Below, piece after piece: positions 25,166 through 36,022 of a stretch of 56,680 bases of DNA. The position numbers and the translations under genes were made by a program. This stretch comes from a virus (Duplodnaviria; Caudoviricetes), in IMG/VR virus record IMGVR_UViG_3300045125_000107, positions 1-56,680 of that record; one strand, given 5' to 3'. The first letter of the stretch is position 1; every line of letters begins with the position of its first letter. The notes beneath the pieces are model-generated. The model was not told where the DNA came from and searched no databases. It worked only from the letters and a program-made list of their open reading frames with translations.

Positions 25166-25528
25166 TCACTTCAGGTTGCGGAGTTTGTAGATCGTGCTGA
25201 GGTACGTGTCCGTGACCGTATCCACGAGGTTGGCCACGCCCCGGTTGCCGCGACAAATGCTGTCGTGGTTGTTCTCGATCCAGTCGGCGTCGTTCTCAAG
25301 CACCTTCAGCACGTCGCCCTTGGTGTTCTCGGGCGCGGGGATGTTGCCGATCAGATCGAAGGCGCCCTGATAGGCCTCCACGAGGTCGTCGATGGCCTCG
25401 ATGACCTCCTCGTAGAAGCTGCCCAGCGCCATGTGCTTGGCGAAGCTGCCGGTGCCCGTGGCGCGCCAGTGTTCAAAGTGGGCGACGTTGCGGGCATAGA
25501 AGACCCGGCTGATGAGCTGCTCAATCAT
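25166..25528 (-). CDS. Ferritin/Dps-like four-helix protein (DUF5856-like)
   Basis: Intact ORF: AHFEHW.AT...SFAKHMALGSFYE...DDLVEAYQG...STIYKLRNLK. Confidence 0.75.
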   Translation of the reverse strand: MIEQLISRVFYARNVAHFEHWRATGTGSFAKHMALGSFYEEVIEAIDDLVEAYQGAFDLIGNIPAPENTKGDVLKVLENDADWIENNHDSICRGNRGVANLVDTVTDTYLSTIYKLRNLK

Positions 25529-26096
25529 TATGCGATCCTCGTGACAGGGACGATGACGGACGGGACCGCCGGGGCCACCGCCCCAGCCGCCGTGGCATCA
25601 ACAGTCACGGCCGTATTCTGGACCAGAAACATGATTTCGATGTATTGGCCCGCCGTGACGGTGTTAGTCAGCGCCACCGTGAGGAGGGTCAGGCTGCCGT
25701 CGGCCGCCTTGGGGACGGAGATGATGCTGGCCGAGTTGGCGATGTCGGTGCCGTTCTTCCTGAACCAGACCGTGGCGGGTGTAGTTGCTGACGGCCGAGT
25801 TGGCGAACTGGACGCTCGGCATCAGCAGGTACGTGCGCTGCGTTCGTGAACGTGATGCGGCTGCCGGAGACCACGCTGATGCCGACACCCGTGGTGCCGG
25901 TGTCCATCGTGATCGCGGTGGCGACCGTCGTGCTGCCCGTCTGGTCCAGCGTGCTGCTGGCATTGAGGTAGGCGTAGGCCCGCAGGTCAGACACCGTCAC
26001 CTTGGTGCTGGCGCCGCTCTGCACCATCTCAAGCTGCTCGGTACCCGCCAGCGGTGTGCTGGCACTGGGCAGACCGGAAATCTTAGCAGTGGCCAT
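25528..26096 (-). CDS. Virion structural protein
   Basis: MATAKISGLPSASTPLAGTE...VQSGASTKVTV N-terminus, beta-rich body, PAVPSVIV C-terminus. Confidence 0.6.
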
Positions 26097-26117
26097 TCTG
26101 GTTATCCTTCAATCGAA

Positions 26118-26153
26118 CAGCGCTGGCGGTGGGGAGGGGCACCGCCAGCGCTG
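26118..26153 (-). terminator. Perfect 14-bp GC hairpin (terminator or RNA-processing site)
   Basis: CAGCGCTGGCGGTG-gggagggg-CACCGCCAGCGCTG, intergenic; only a weak U-tract on the minus strand. Confidence 0.5.
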
Positions 26154-26182
26154 CGACGCCCCGAGGAGCACGCCTCGGACGT

Positions 26183-26409
26183 TCATGGGACAAGGGGCGT
26201 GTCCGGCCAGGGGTACTGCAGCGCGATGACTTCAGGTTGCCGGGCGGGCAGGCGGTAGGGGTCGTACTCGTCGAGGTCGTCCTTGCACACGCGCAGGCCC
26301 GGGTAGTTCGGATCGGGTTGCAGTTCGTCGAGGCTCATCTTGCGGCTGCAGCGGCCGCAGATGCCGATGCCGAGTGGTCCTGCCGCGCGTGTCGAGAAAG
26401 ACTGGCATG
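26183..26409 (-). CDS. Small conserved CxxC protein
   Basis: GIGICGRCSRKMSLDELQPDPNYPGLRVC..DLDEYDPYRLP; merged with the upstream gene in the ORF track by a frameshift. Confidence 0.65.
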
Positions 26410-26412
26410 GCC

Positions 26413-27400
26413 TTACCTCGTGTAGGGGCTGATGTTGGGGGCGATCATCATGGGCGAATTGTCGCGCTCCTCGGCCTGCGCCACGGCCAGCGCCTGCGCC
26501 GCGCTTGGCGTCGAGGATGGGGATCATCTGCGGATCGACCTCCATCATCTCCATGGCCATCTTGGCGGCCAGCATGGACACGAGGGCCTCGTACCAGCGC
26601 TGGGGCACCTCGACCTGTTGTGACATGGTGCCCACGTCCATGATGTGGCGCTGCACCCACGTCACGACCTGGTAGACCGTCGCCTGCGCGTTGGGCACCG
26701 GCCACAGGTTCAGCACCGGCGTACGCACCTGCCTGTCGAGCCAGAACTGCAGGGGCCGGTTGGACTGGAAGCTCTTGTTCGGGAGATTGGTGAAGTCGTC
26801 GCGGTTCATCCGCGCCATGGGGATTTCGGTGGGCATGTTGCCGAGGTAAATCTGGCTGAACCCAAGCGTGCCCGAAGTGGCGCGGACGCGGAAGTATTGC
26901 GTCGGCACAGACATGTCGAGGTCGAACCACGTCCACTCACCTGCGTTCGCGGATGGCGTCTCGGTCTGGATTGTGGCCCACAACACGCCGTCGATGGACT
27001 GTTCGAGGGCAAGCGGAACTGCCGCAGCCGCCCAGAACACCCCGACCGAGGTGACGGCAGTCGCGCTGCCGAAGTCCACTGTGCGCGAGGTGGATGTATC
27101 CGTGTTGGCCCCGGTAACTTCCTGCAGCGTGCGAAGATTGGTATTGAGAAGGTCCACGGTGCCGGTAACGGTCGTGATCTTCGGGACACCCTCGTACAGC
27201 GGATAGATGAACTTCTGGATGCACCAAAGCGGCACGCCCTGATTGGCGAGATCGGAGAGCAGCAGATACAGCTGGTCGTTGGCGATGCTGATCGTCTCGG
27301 ACGTGATCTGCTCCGCCGGCACGCGGCAGCGACGCACGGCGTTGTCGATAACGCGCTGCGTCGTGAAAACCGTCTGGGAGACCGTGTTGGAGTAGGCCAT
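26413..27400 (-). CDS. Head completion / head-tail connector protein
   Basis: IDNAVRRC...LYLLLSDLANQGVPLW...RDDFTNLPNK...RPLQFWLDRQ...LWPVP...VPQRWYEA. Confidence 0.7.
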
Positions 27401-27463
27401 AGATCGCGCTCGCTTGGTTAGGGCAGCAGCTTACCATGCACGGTGAGCATCTCTGGCCCGCCA

Positions 27464-27492
27464 GACATACCAAACAACCCCGATGGTGTAAA
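27464..27492 (-). promoter_or_regulatory. Putative sigma70-type internal late promoter
   Basis: TTTACA-17 nt-TATGTC, intergenic, upstream of the 27400 start. Confidence 0.45.
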
Positions 27493-27499
27493 CGCTGGC

Positions 27500-29476
27500 C
27501 TAGTTGTCGAGGCCCGGGAGCCCGTTATAGAGGCCAGCTCCACCGTCGATACAGGCCGCTGCTCCCGGTATACAAGCCTCGGCCCCAGCTCAGGCCCGCA
27601 GACCCGGTCGCCGACCCTGCGAAAACCCAGCCGGTGTTGTTGCCGCTGTTGACGTTCCCATTGGTGGTGAACGCGTTCCAGATGGTGCTGTTTGCCGGGC
27701 TGGCGTTGATCCACGAGATGTTGAGGAACGACACGTTGTTGGTGCCACCCGTGCTGTCGAGCAGGGTAGCTTGGCTGACGCCTGTTGAACTGCGCAACGT
27801 GACCTCGGCGCCAGCGGAGCCGCTGAGACTGAACGCCGACACAGTGGTGGTCGCGCCTGCGGGAAGAAAGACGAGGTGGAGCGCGCCGACCGCCGTGGCC
27901 TGAATGTCTTGAAACGTGTTCGCGCCTGTGATGGTCAGGCCGCCCACGCCCGCCTGCTGGAGAATAGCGGCGTAGGTGTGCGGCCAGCCCGACAAAGGTC
28001 TTCGCGGACGCGGACGACATCTGAATCGGCGCCCGGTCGCCCGGCGGTCGTGAAGTTGGTGGGCTGCGCGTTGTTGAAGGCCGTGGCAGCCGCTGCCCGT
28101 GCAGACGAGGATGCCGCTGTTGAAGGCAAGCGCCTTGGTGCCCGATCCGGTCTCGAACGACCCCAACAAACATGGTCTTGCCGTTGAGGTTCAGCGTGCC
28201 GTTGGTGAGCGTGCAGCGCGAGGTCGAGCCGATGCGGAACGGATCTTGGGGCGACCAAGCAGCGGTGCCGCCCGCGCCCGCGTTGAAGGTGACCGGGACG
28301 TCCAGCGCCTTGCCGTTTGAGGTGAGGTCCGGGCACCAGACGTCGCGCCGAACGAGCGCGTTGGCGTGGTCGAGGGGTCGCGCGCCATGTTGGCACCGAG
28401 CGTCAGGTTGCCGTAGATAACGCAGGCTACCGGTGAGGTGATGGACCACGACCCGGTGAACCCCGACCCGAAAGTTACGTTCCGCGCGCGTTGCCGCCGG
28501 CGCCGAGGAACGTCAGCGCGTACGAGCCCGAAATAAAGCTGAAGGACAGGCTCTGGCTTTCGCTCAAGGAGCCGGGTGACCACCGTAGTCGCGGTGGCGG
28601 TGTTGGCGTCGACGGTGACGGTGAACGGGGTCGGTGATGGTAAGGCCTGTGGTACTTAGACGTAGTCCATATGTGTGCCCCCGCAGTTCCGGTGACCGTG
28701 ATGACCGCCCCGTTTGCCGTGAGGGTCCGGGTGTTGGCGTTGCTTGACGAGGAACTGGCCGCAGGACAGGACTTTGCCGTTCAGGTCGAGGCGTGCCTAC
28801 CGTGAAGTCACGGCGCGGGTGCTGCCGACTGTCAGGTTGTCGAAAAGCTGCCAAGCGCCCGTGCCGGTAGTCGCGACGCCGATGGCCAGTGGAAATCGAG
28901 AGTGACCCCGTTCGTGCGGAGCACCCGCGTGCCGGTGTTGCCTGAAAAAGTAGTCGTACTAGCAGCCCCGCCGTGAGTGTTGCGCCGCTGGCGACAGTGA
29001 GGTCACCAAAAATCGTTCGGGCAGAGTTGTTCAGGCTCCCGAAAAGCCGGAGGTGATCACAAGCGAGCGAATGCTGCCCGCCACGCCAACTGGGCCTGAC
29101 CCCGCGCTGATCGTGAAACTGACCGCGTTGGCCTCGGTAACTGCCCCTGCGGACACGCTTCTCGCGATGGCAGTGATTCGCGGTGAGGTTGCACGAGACA
29201 TCGGTGTTCGTGCACGTGGTGGCCCCGGTCCACACCGTGCCGGTGCCGGTCAGATTGATGGTGAAGCCGGTTCCGGTCAGCGTGTTCGTGTAGCCGGTCT
29301 GGTTGACCACGCCGGGGCCGACAGTCGCCCGAGGTGCACGCGAATTGACGTCGAACCGCGCAGCGTCGGTCGCTCGAGCACACTCGCGCCACCTGCCGCC
29401 GCCGACGAGGCGGACCAATTTGCGGTTGCTGGAGTTGTCCCACGTGCCCGTGCCCGACCCAGAAACGGTTTGGCAT
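27500..29476 (-). CDS. Beta-helix-like virion fibre / adhesin
   Basis: MPNRFWVG.TGTWD.S...NWSASSGG.GGASV; repeated LDLNG/LNLNGKT and LTITGANTF units; NVNSGNNTGWVF. Confidence 0.65.
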
Positions 29477-29670
29477 TACAGCGCCTCCGGTTCGACGTTA
29501 TCAGAAGCGGCGGTGACATCCGCAAGCCACGAGGTCCACCGCGCTTCCTGCATGGCGAGTTCCGCCTCGGGCGTGACAGCGGCCCACTCCCCCTGCGAGA
29601 GGCAGATCGCGTCTTTCAGGGTGAAGCGCCCGTTGGTCCGCTCGAAAGGCTTGCAGATGATCTCGTCCAC
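29476..29670 (-). CDS. Small hypothetical protein
   Basis: Intact 64-aa ORF (TLKDAICL...MQEARWTSWLA) abutting the fibre gene. Confidence 0.55.
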   Translation of the reverse strand: MDEIICKPFERTNGRFTLKDAICLSQGEWAAVTPEAELAMQEARWTSWLADVTAASDNVEPEAL

Positions 29671-29675
29671 GGGCG

Positions 29676-30234
29676 TTACTTCTTGCGCGGCATGGCGGAG
29701 AGACCGCCGCCCTTCTTGGCCGGGCCGCCCTTGGCGAACCCGAGGTGTCGCGCACTGCGCCCACCATGCGGTCGAGGGCGGCGTGTCATCGTGCCGCGCG
29801 CCCGCAGGACCGCGCTTGGTCAGGCGGATCGACAGTTCGGAGGGCGCGCGCTTCGCCTCGGGGTTGTCGTAGTTGCGAAAGCGGCGGTAGTCCGGCTCCG
29901 TCGGCTGCGCGCGGCGGCGGTCGATTACCTTGTCCTCGCCTGCCTCTTCGGCCGACCACGCGGTTGCCGCGCGCCACAGCGCCGCCTTCGGCCTTCTTCA
30001 TCGGCACCTTTGCGCCAGCCTTGCGGGCCTCGCTCAAAGAGATGGCGACAGCCTGCTTGGGGTTGGTCACCTCGGGCCGCTCTTGGAGCCGCTGTGCAGT
30101 GTGCCGCGCCTTGAACTCGCCCATGACCTTGGCGATCTTGGCCGCGCCTTTCACCGAGCCGCCCTTAGCGTAGCCCTCGCCAAGAGCCGCCGCGCATGTA
30201 CTGGGTCTTGGTGCTGTTCTTGGAAACCGTCCAT
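29676..30234 (-). CDS. Basic protein, DUF6496-like
   Basis: KIAKVMGEFKAGTLHSGS..GPEVTNPKQAVAISLSEARK; several xKGG/xRGG motifs. Confidence 0.7.
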
Positions 30235-30235
30235 G

Positions 30236-30401
30236 TCACTTGCCCTTCTTGCGCGCCGCGAAGGCGTTATCGATCAAATTGGGGTAGGGGCGGCCTGCCG
30301 CCTTGGCTCGCCGCTTGGCGGCAGCCTTGCGCTTCACCCGACAGGCTTTTGGGCTTCTGGCCCTCGGGTCGGGGCTTATCCCAGAACGGTGCGTCGGCCA
30401 T
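30236..30401 (-). CDS. Small basic conserved protein
   Basis: PFWDKPRP...AAAKRRAKAAGRPYPNLIDNAFAARKK. Confidence 0.65.
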
Positions 30402-30938
30402 GTCAGCCAGTCCCACTTGCGGAGAGCGAGAGCCTTGCGGGTGGGCTTCCCGTTCTTGTCCTTCATCGGGCCTTCCATGCCGCCCATGCGGGCGCAGAAG
30501 GACTTCCGCCGCGCCGCCGCCTTGGGTGACTTCTTGGCCTGCTTTGCGCTGACCGGCGGCTTTATGTCGTGGCCCTGCGCGCGAAGCGAGGCCCGCCCGG
30601 CGGCGTTGAGGCCGCCCTCGGGGTTCTGGCCCTCCTTGCGCGTCCAGACGCCACCGCCGCGCGCAAAGTGGGGCTTGCCCGCCACCTCGTGCATCTGGGC
30701 ATCGCGGTCGCGGATGAAGTCCATGTCGTTCTGGTGCGTCTCGTACGCGCCGGGAGCGAGGTGGACAGGCCTCCCTCGTGGAAGGCCTGCGGGCGCCGTA
30801 GCGAGCCCCAAGCTGCGCCAGACCGGAAGACGGCCCGGGCTGCGGCATCGGCGCGCTGGCGGGCGCGGTGCGCCGGTTGCGCAGCCCCAGCCCGTCGTCG
30901 ATCTGCATCCTCGCTTCGGAGAAAGGATCGTAGCGCAC
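30402..30938 (-). CDS. Basic protein, DUF6321-like
   Basis: WTRKEGQNPEGGLNAAGRAS...RRKSFCARMGGM...TRKALALRKWD. Confidence 0.7.
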
Positions 30939-30939
30939 G

Positions 30940-31574
30940 TTACGCTCGGTTGTCGCCAGACTGCACGACTGTGAAGGTTGCCGACCCTGTGCCGCTGGTG
31001 ATTAAAGACGGACCGCAGCCGGGATGTAGGCATGGTTGCCCTGCCGGTTGGCGGTTTGAGCAGCCATATTTGTGTCGGGGTGGTCGAACCACGTAGCGAG
31101 GCGGTGTTCCACATGTTGTCGAGCGTCTGCTGCACCGTCCACGTTGCGATGCCGAGACGACAACCTGAAGCGACACATCGGGTCGCCCGTGGATGTCGAG
31201 GATGAGTCGGCGGCGTGACGCCCGCAGAGCCGAAGCCAACGCTCACCGTGCCGACGGTGCCGCCGCCCGCGACAGACACATCGGTGACCGTCCTGAAATA
31301 GCGCGTGGTCGATACCGTGCCGACGTTGGGGCCGGTTATCGTCTCAGACATCGCGACACCGGCTGAGTTGGTGCCGGTGATCGTGTAGGTGCGGGTGCTG
31401 TCGTTGCCAGTCGAGGTGACTGTGACGAGGTAGGCCCGCGTTGAAGACGGCCACGCCGTTGACAACGCTGCTGCCGTTTTCGATGAGCGACCCTGCAGAG
31501 GCCAGCGTCTGGGCGAGACACACTGCATCGGTGACCGGCGCCTGAAGCTGGAGAGTTGCGGTAATCTGGCGCAT
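30940..31574 (-). CDS. Virion structural protein
   Basis: VTVTSTGNDSTRTYTITGTN...SETITGPN..TVSTTRYFRTVT. Confidence 0.65.
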
Positions 31575-31648
31575 CTTGCAATCCTTGGTAGCAGGGGCCG
31601 GTTTTTACGCCGACCCCTAGCCTATACCACCGCGTTAGCGGTTCGTCA

Positions 31649-32097
31649 TCAGTCCGTGGACGAGGCCGTCTGCACGTACTGGATCGTCACACGCACCTGA
31701 CCCGCCGTGGGCTGGCCCACCGAGGTGACCGTCGCCACGACCGGGCCGTTTGAGCCGGTGTTGGCCATAGCCGCAAGCTGCGCCGCCGTGAACGTCGCGG
31801 CAATGCGACCCGTCGCTGCCTTGACGTTCACGCCGCTGGCGTACTGCGTGCCGCCCGAGGCGGTGCCACCGACAGCGTGGCCGAGGTCGCGCTGTTGTAC
31901 GCCGTGAGCGCATCGCAGAAGATATTGGTGATCTGCGAGTTGAACGGCAGGTTGATGGTGCCGTTCTGCACCAGCGTGGCGTCGAAGTTGATCAGCACGG
32001 TCTGCGTCAGCACGACGTTTCCGAGGTTGGGGCCGCCGGGGTAGCCTGCCGGGCGGTCGCCCGTGACGAGCGGGCCGCTGAAGGTAGTCTGGGACAT
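31649..32097 (-). CDS. Head decoration / minor capsid protein
   Basis: MSQTTFSGPL...LPFNSQI...ATLSVGT...PTAGQVRVTIQYVQ; downstream of the major capsid gene. Confidence 0.65.
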
Positions 32098-32164
32098 AAG
32101 GGGAGTTCCTTCGCGAAAGTTGCTGCTATAGCGCGGCGACTTTAGCACGGAGCGGAGTGTTTGG

Positions 32165-33711
32165 CTAGGTACGCCGCCAGACCCAGCGCTTCTTGCCACA
32201 GTCGAACAACCGCATGGCGCCCAGAAGGTAGGTCATGTCGCGTCCGCTCCGGCTATCGCGAACCGGATCGAAGGTCTCAGGCCGCTCTGTGTCACGGATG
32301 CGCGCCGGGATATTTTTGCGCTGCCACGCAGTCTTCGGCAGAAGTCCGGTTTTGGGGTGATAGACCTGATAGTCTGGGCCTGTTTCCTCCTCCAACACAA
32401 AGCCTAGATGCTCGTACATGCGCCCGGTGAAGTACCGGCTATCAGAAAAGGACTTTGCCAGTCTCCGGCTGGTGCTCAGCCATGAAGGCGGAAAACAGCT
32501 TCGATGCCCCGCCGGTAACCGATACGCGTGTGGCATACCTTGTCAGCGTCCACATGCGCTCCGCCGCCGCAGCGCCTCTGTCGTTGGCGCCAAAGGCAAA
32601 GCGCATGCAGGCAACCAACTTGCCCTTGATACCGCAGCCCGTAGGCCTGCCCCCAACCGCCACCTCCCTGCGGGTGGTACTGCTCAAGAAGGCTGTAGCG
32701 CAGCCGGCCCAACTTGGTCTACGGTACAGCGCCGCGCCATGACACGGCCACGCCCCTTGCCAAGGGCGTTGCGGATGAGACGCTTGATGACCGGCTTACG
32801 CTCGAGCCATTCACTCTCGTACACGGTGAGCAGGCGAAAACCCGCCGCCTCGCACATCCGCATTTTCTCCAGATGCCGTTTCCGGGCGAAGGGCTCGTCG
32901 TCCACCTTGCGCGCGGCGTGCCAATACTCGCCGCAATATTCGATGGCCACCTTGGCCTCCGGCACCCATATATCAATTTCCTTCGGCGCGATGAGAACCC
33001 GATTACGCGGTTCCGCTCGGCGAATATCGACACGAAGGTCAGCACTTCCGCCTCGCCCTTCGAGCGGTGGTGCGAGCATTCGGGGCAACCTTGCGCCGCG
33101 TCAGATGCTTGTCGGAACCTGCACAAAGGGTCCGTGCACCGGGCAGACTATCTCAACAGGCTGCTTGCGTCCCTCGTACTGCACGCGGCTGTAATCGTAA
33201 CAGCCGCCATGGATCGCGCGGGCCCTCGCTGACGAACCCCTCAGAGAACTTCGCAATCTTGGCGTTAGCGGTCTTGCGCGCGGAGGCCAGCGTGTCTTTG
33301 CGGTGCCCGCGCTTGGCCGCGCCGCACTGGGGGCAGCCCTTGCCCGCCAAGTGGTTGTTCGGCGTGATGGAAAAATCACCGTGCACGGGCAGGTCACGGT
33401 GAACTTTGTGGCGCTGTTGACATACGCCGCCGCTCGTAGGTGTAGAGGCCCCGGCATGCTTGGCGTTGGCAGCCGCGATGACATCGGCCCGCGAGACCGC
33501 CTTTTGGAGCGGCGCGCAACTTCGCCGCATTGCGGACACCCGCGCCGTCCTCGCGCAGTTGCGCCGGGTACTGGCTGAACTCTCCATGCTGCGCGCACAC
33601 AATGCCGGTCATGCGTTTCAGCGCACCGTGCGTTTTCTGCATTCGAGAAGTCGTAGCGGTCGCGAACTGGTTGGGGAAATTGGCGATAACGTCGTGAAAG
33701 GAAAGCTGCAC
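32165..33711 (-). mobile_element. Free-standing Hef-like putative homing endonuclease (DUF723-type repeats, PD-(D/E)xK domain, GNAT-like C-terminus)
   Basis: Three YDYS/YDFS...C..HG.F...GCPxC repeats; EIDIWVPEAKVAIEYCGEYWH; LVACMRF...LTRYAT...GGASKLF...SFSDSRYFTGRMYEHLGF...FDCGKKRWVW. Confidence 0.8.
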
Positions 33712-33742
33712 GGGCTGGCGTCCTCTCTATCCTAGCCCAACC

Positions 33743-33771
33743 TTTGTATCTAGCCGTATACGTTTTGTAAA
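33743..33771 (-). promoter_or_regulatory. Putative promoter of the endonuclease gene
   Basis: TTTACA-17 nt-TACAAA between the capsid terminator and the GTG at 33711. Confidence 0.45.
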
Positions 33772-33810
33772 ACACCAAACCACAGGCCGCAGTGTCCATA
33801 TCACGGCCAG

Positions 33811-33844
33811 CAAAAAGGCCCCGAAACGTCTGCTCCGGGGGCCC
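33811..33844 (-). terminator. Rho-independent terminator after the major capsid gene
   Basis: Minus strand GGCCCCCGGAG-cagacg-TTTCGGGGCC-TTTTT. Confidence 0.8.
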
Positions 33845-33880
33845 AATGCTAGGAGTGGAAAAGCTAGAGATTACAAGGGG

Positions 33881-34809
33881 TCAGATGCCCGGCGTACCGT
33901 ACACGCCCGCGCGGATCGGTCCAGCCGAACGCGTAACGTTCGGTCGCCTTGTAGCGCATGCTGTCGGTTTCGAAGTCGCCTTCCATGGACTCTTCTCAAG
34001 GCCGCGACGCATCGCGAGCTTCAGACCTTCCGGCGCATCAGTCTTCACCCACCACGCGGTGGTCGAGGTGATACGCGAGAGGTTGGCCTGACCGCCGGCC
34101 AGCAGGCCCATCGACTTCACGGGGTTGATGTCGTTGTTCAGCGGTGCCGGCACGCAGGACGACTTGAGCAGCACTTCCGCCTGGAAGACGCCGCTCGAGA
34201 CCAACGACGATCTTCTTCGGCGTCGAGGCGGATGCGCTTGCCGTTGTTGTCCACGGCGTTGCGGATCTGGATCAGGAGCTGCTCCAGCGAGGTCTGCGAC
34301 AGGCTTGCGGCCGTGCTGACGAGCTGGTTGCTGAAGGTGCCGTTGACAATCGGGTGGTCGGTGGCGACCAAGCGACACGCCGTCGCCGCCAGTCATACGC
34401 CGCCGTGAACGCACGGTTGAGGATGTTGGCGCCGAGGGTTTCCTTCGGTTTCGATCAGCGACTGCGCGAGGTGGCGCGCGTAGGTCTGACCGATGCGGAT
34501 GTGGTCACCGTCTTCGACGAGCACCTTCGTGAGCGCGAATGCAAGGCCGTAGACCTTGTAGACGTAGCGCTGAATGAAGAGCACGCCACCCGACTGATAG
34601 GTGACCGGCATGCCGTCAGGCAGTTCCGGCGCAGCGCCGAAGCCGTACAGAACGCGGCTCTTCGTGGTAGTTGCGGGGAATGCCCTTGAACTGCTTGGAA
34701 GACCTGCGCCCACTCGTCAGCACGCTGGTCGTAGATGCCGTTGAACTCTTCGTTCAGAATCGGCTCGACGATGGAGCGGAAAGTCAGTACTCCGCATTGG
34801 CATTGCCAT
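33881..34809 (-). CDS. Major capsid protein (HK97 fold, Mu gpT-like family)
   Basis: FRSIVEPILNEEFNGIY...GFGAAPELPDGMPVTY...YGLAFALTKVLVEDG...EGDFETDSMRYKATERY.FGWTDPRGVYGTPG; GGAGG RBS. Confidence 0.9.
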
Positions 34810-34822
34810 TGTTCAGCCCTCC

Positions 34823-35430
34823 TTAGTAAGCTGCAGCGTTGGCGGCTGTTCTGGTGCTCAGAAATCTGGACCAGAGCATCGACGATGGAAGGTTGAGTCC
34901 CCGAAGGCGTTGTTCGAGGTGCGGGACGACACCGATCAGGCGCAGGACTGGCGTTGGCCGCGTCGTCTGCGAGGCCAGCATCGAGTGCCTGCGCTGGACA
35001 GGCCCGTGGTGGTGCTGCCGGAAGCAGCCGTGAAGTCGTACTGCTGCCGATGTCGCGCCACGTTGAGCTGGGCTGTTCGCTCTGCATCTCGATAGGTGAT
35101 CGTCGGATCGATGGTGACGTAGGCGACGATGTCGGTCGCGGCGGTCGACGCCAGTCCAGCGTGTTCGCTGACGCGGCGACGGCCATCACCGTCCGTGAAC
35201 TCGACGCCCTGAAGGTGCCGATGAACGCTTCACCGACCGCCGCAGCGGCGATGGTGCCTTCCGTCTGGCCGCCCGCCGTCGAGGGCGCGATGTGAACCGG
35301 CTGGTTCTGAAGAATGTTGACGGCGTACCCGGACTGCGATCGTCATCGCGAATCGGGCGGATGACGCCCGACGGATGGTTCACGGGGATAAGGCCGGACG
35401 GAGATGCGGTACTGGGCGCAGTCCTAGTTA
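34823..35430 (-). CDS. Capsid cement / structural protein
   Basis: PSGLIPVNHPSG...GTFQGVEFTD..GRRRVS...YVTIDP...GSTTTGLS; directly upstream of the major capsid gene. Confidence 0.65.
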
Positions 35431-35453
35431 CCTTAAAAAGCGGTGATGCCCGG

Positions 35454-36002
35454 TCAGGAGAATACGCCCCTGCGCGGGCGCGTGACGATACATGGTCTTC
35501 CATGTCGTCGCCTTCGATCAATTCGGCTGCCCGCCCGCTCGGCCTGTTCGCGCATGAGCTGCGCGGTTTCGGCGAGCTTGCTCTTCTTCGCGCAACGGTG
35601 CGTCGTAGTGAGCTTCCCGCATAAAGCGCTGGTACAGGCTATCGGGCAGCTTGAACGCGATCATCTCGTTGACCGCCGATCAGACCGGCTCCATTCGCCA
35701 GTCTTGACCGAGGCATACTCCATTCCCGGAACGTCTTCGGCGCCTTGACCGGCTCATAACCGAGCTGGATGCGGCGGTGGATGGGTCACGCGGGTTTGTC
35801 GTGGTGAGCCAGCACAGGTGATAGCCGGGCATTTTCGGCAGATCAGGAAGTGCATCGTTGTACATCTGCATGCGGAACATCTCCAGCCGGTCGTCTTCGC
35901 TGACCACGCGGCTTTCGGAACCTGACGGTCTCCTTCGCCACGGGTGCGCCGAGCGGCACCAACGTCCCTCTTCAGGCGATCATCAGAATATTCATCAGTC
36001 AT
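35454..36002 (-). CDS. Conserved head-region protein
   Basis: LPDLPKMPGYHLCWLTTTNPRD...LGYEPV...NEMIAFKLP. Confidence 0.65.
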
Positions 36003-36022
36003 GTTGTCTCACTCCATTGAAA

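Noticed and set aside
24250-32135. TATAG motif upstream of three late genes (~24255, ~31620, ~32125) as a dedicated late promoter
   Set aside because: Too short, with no consistent upstream element across the copies.
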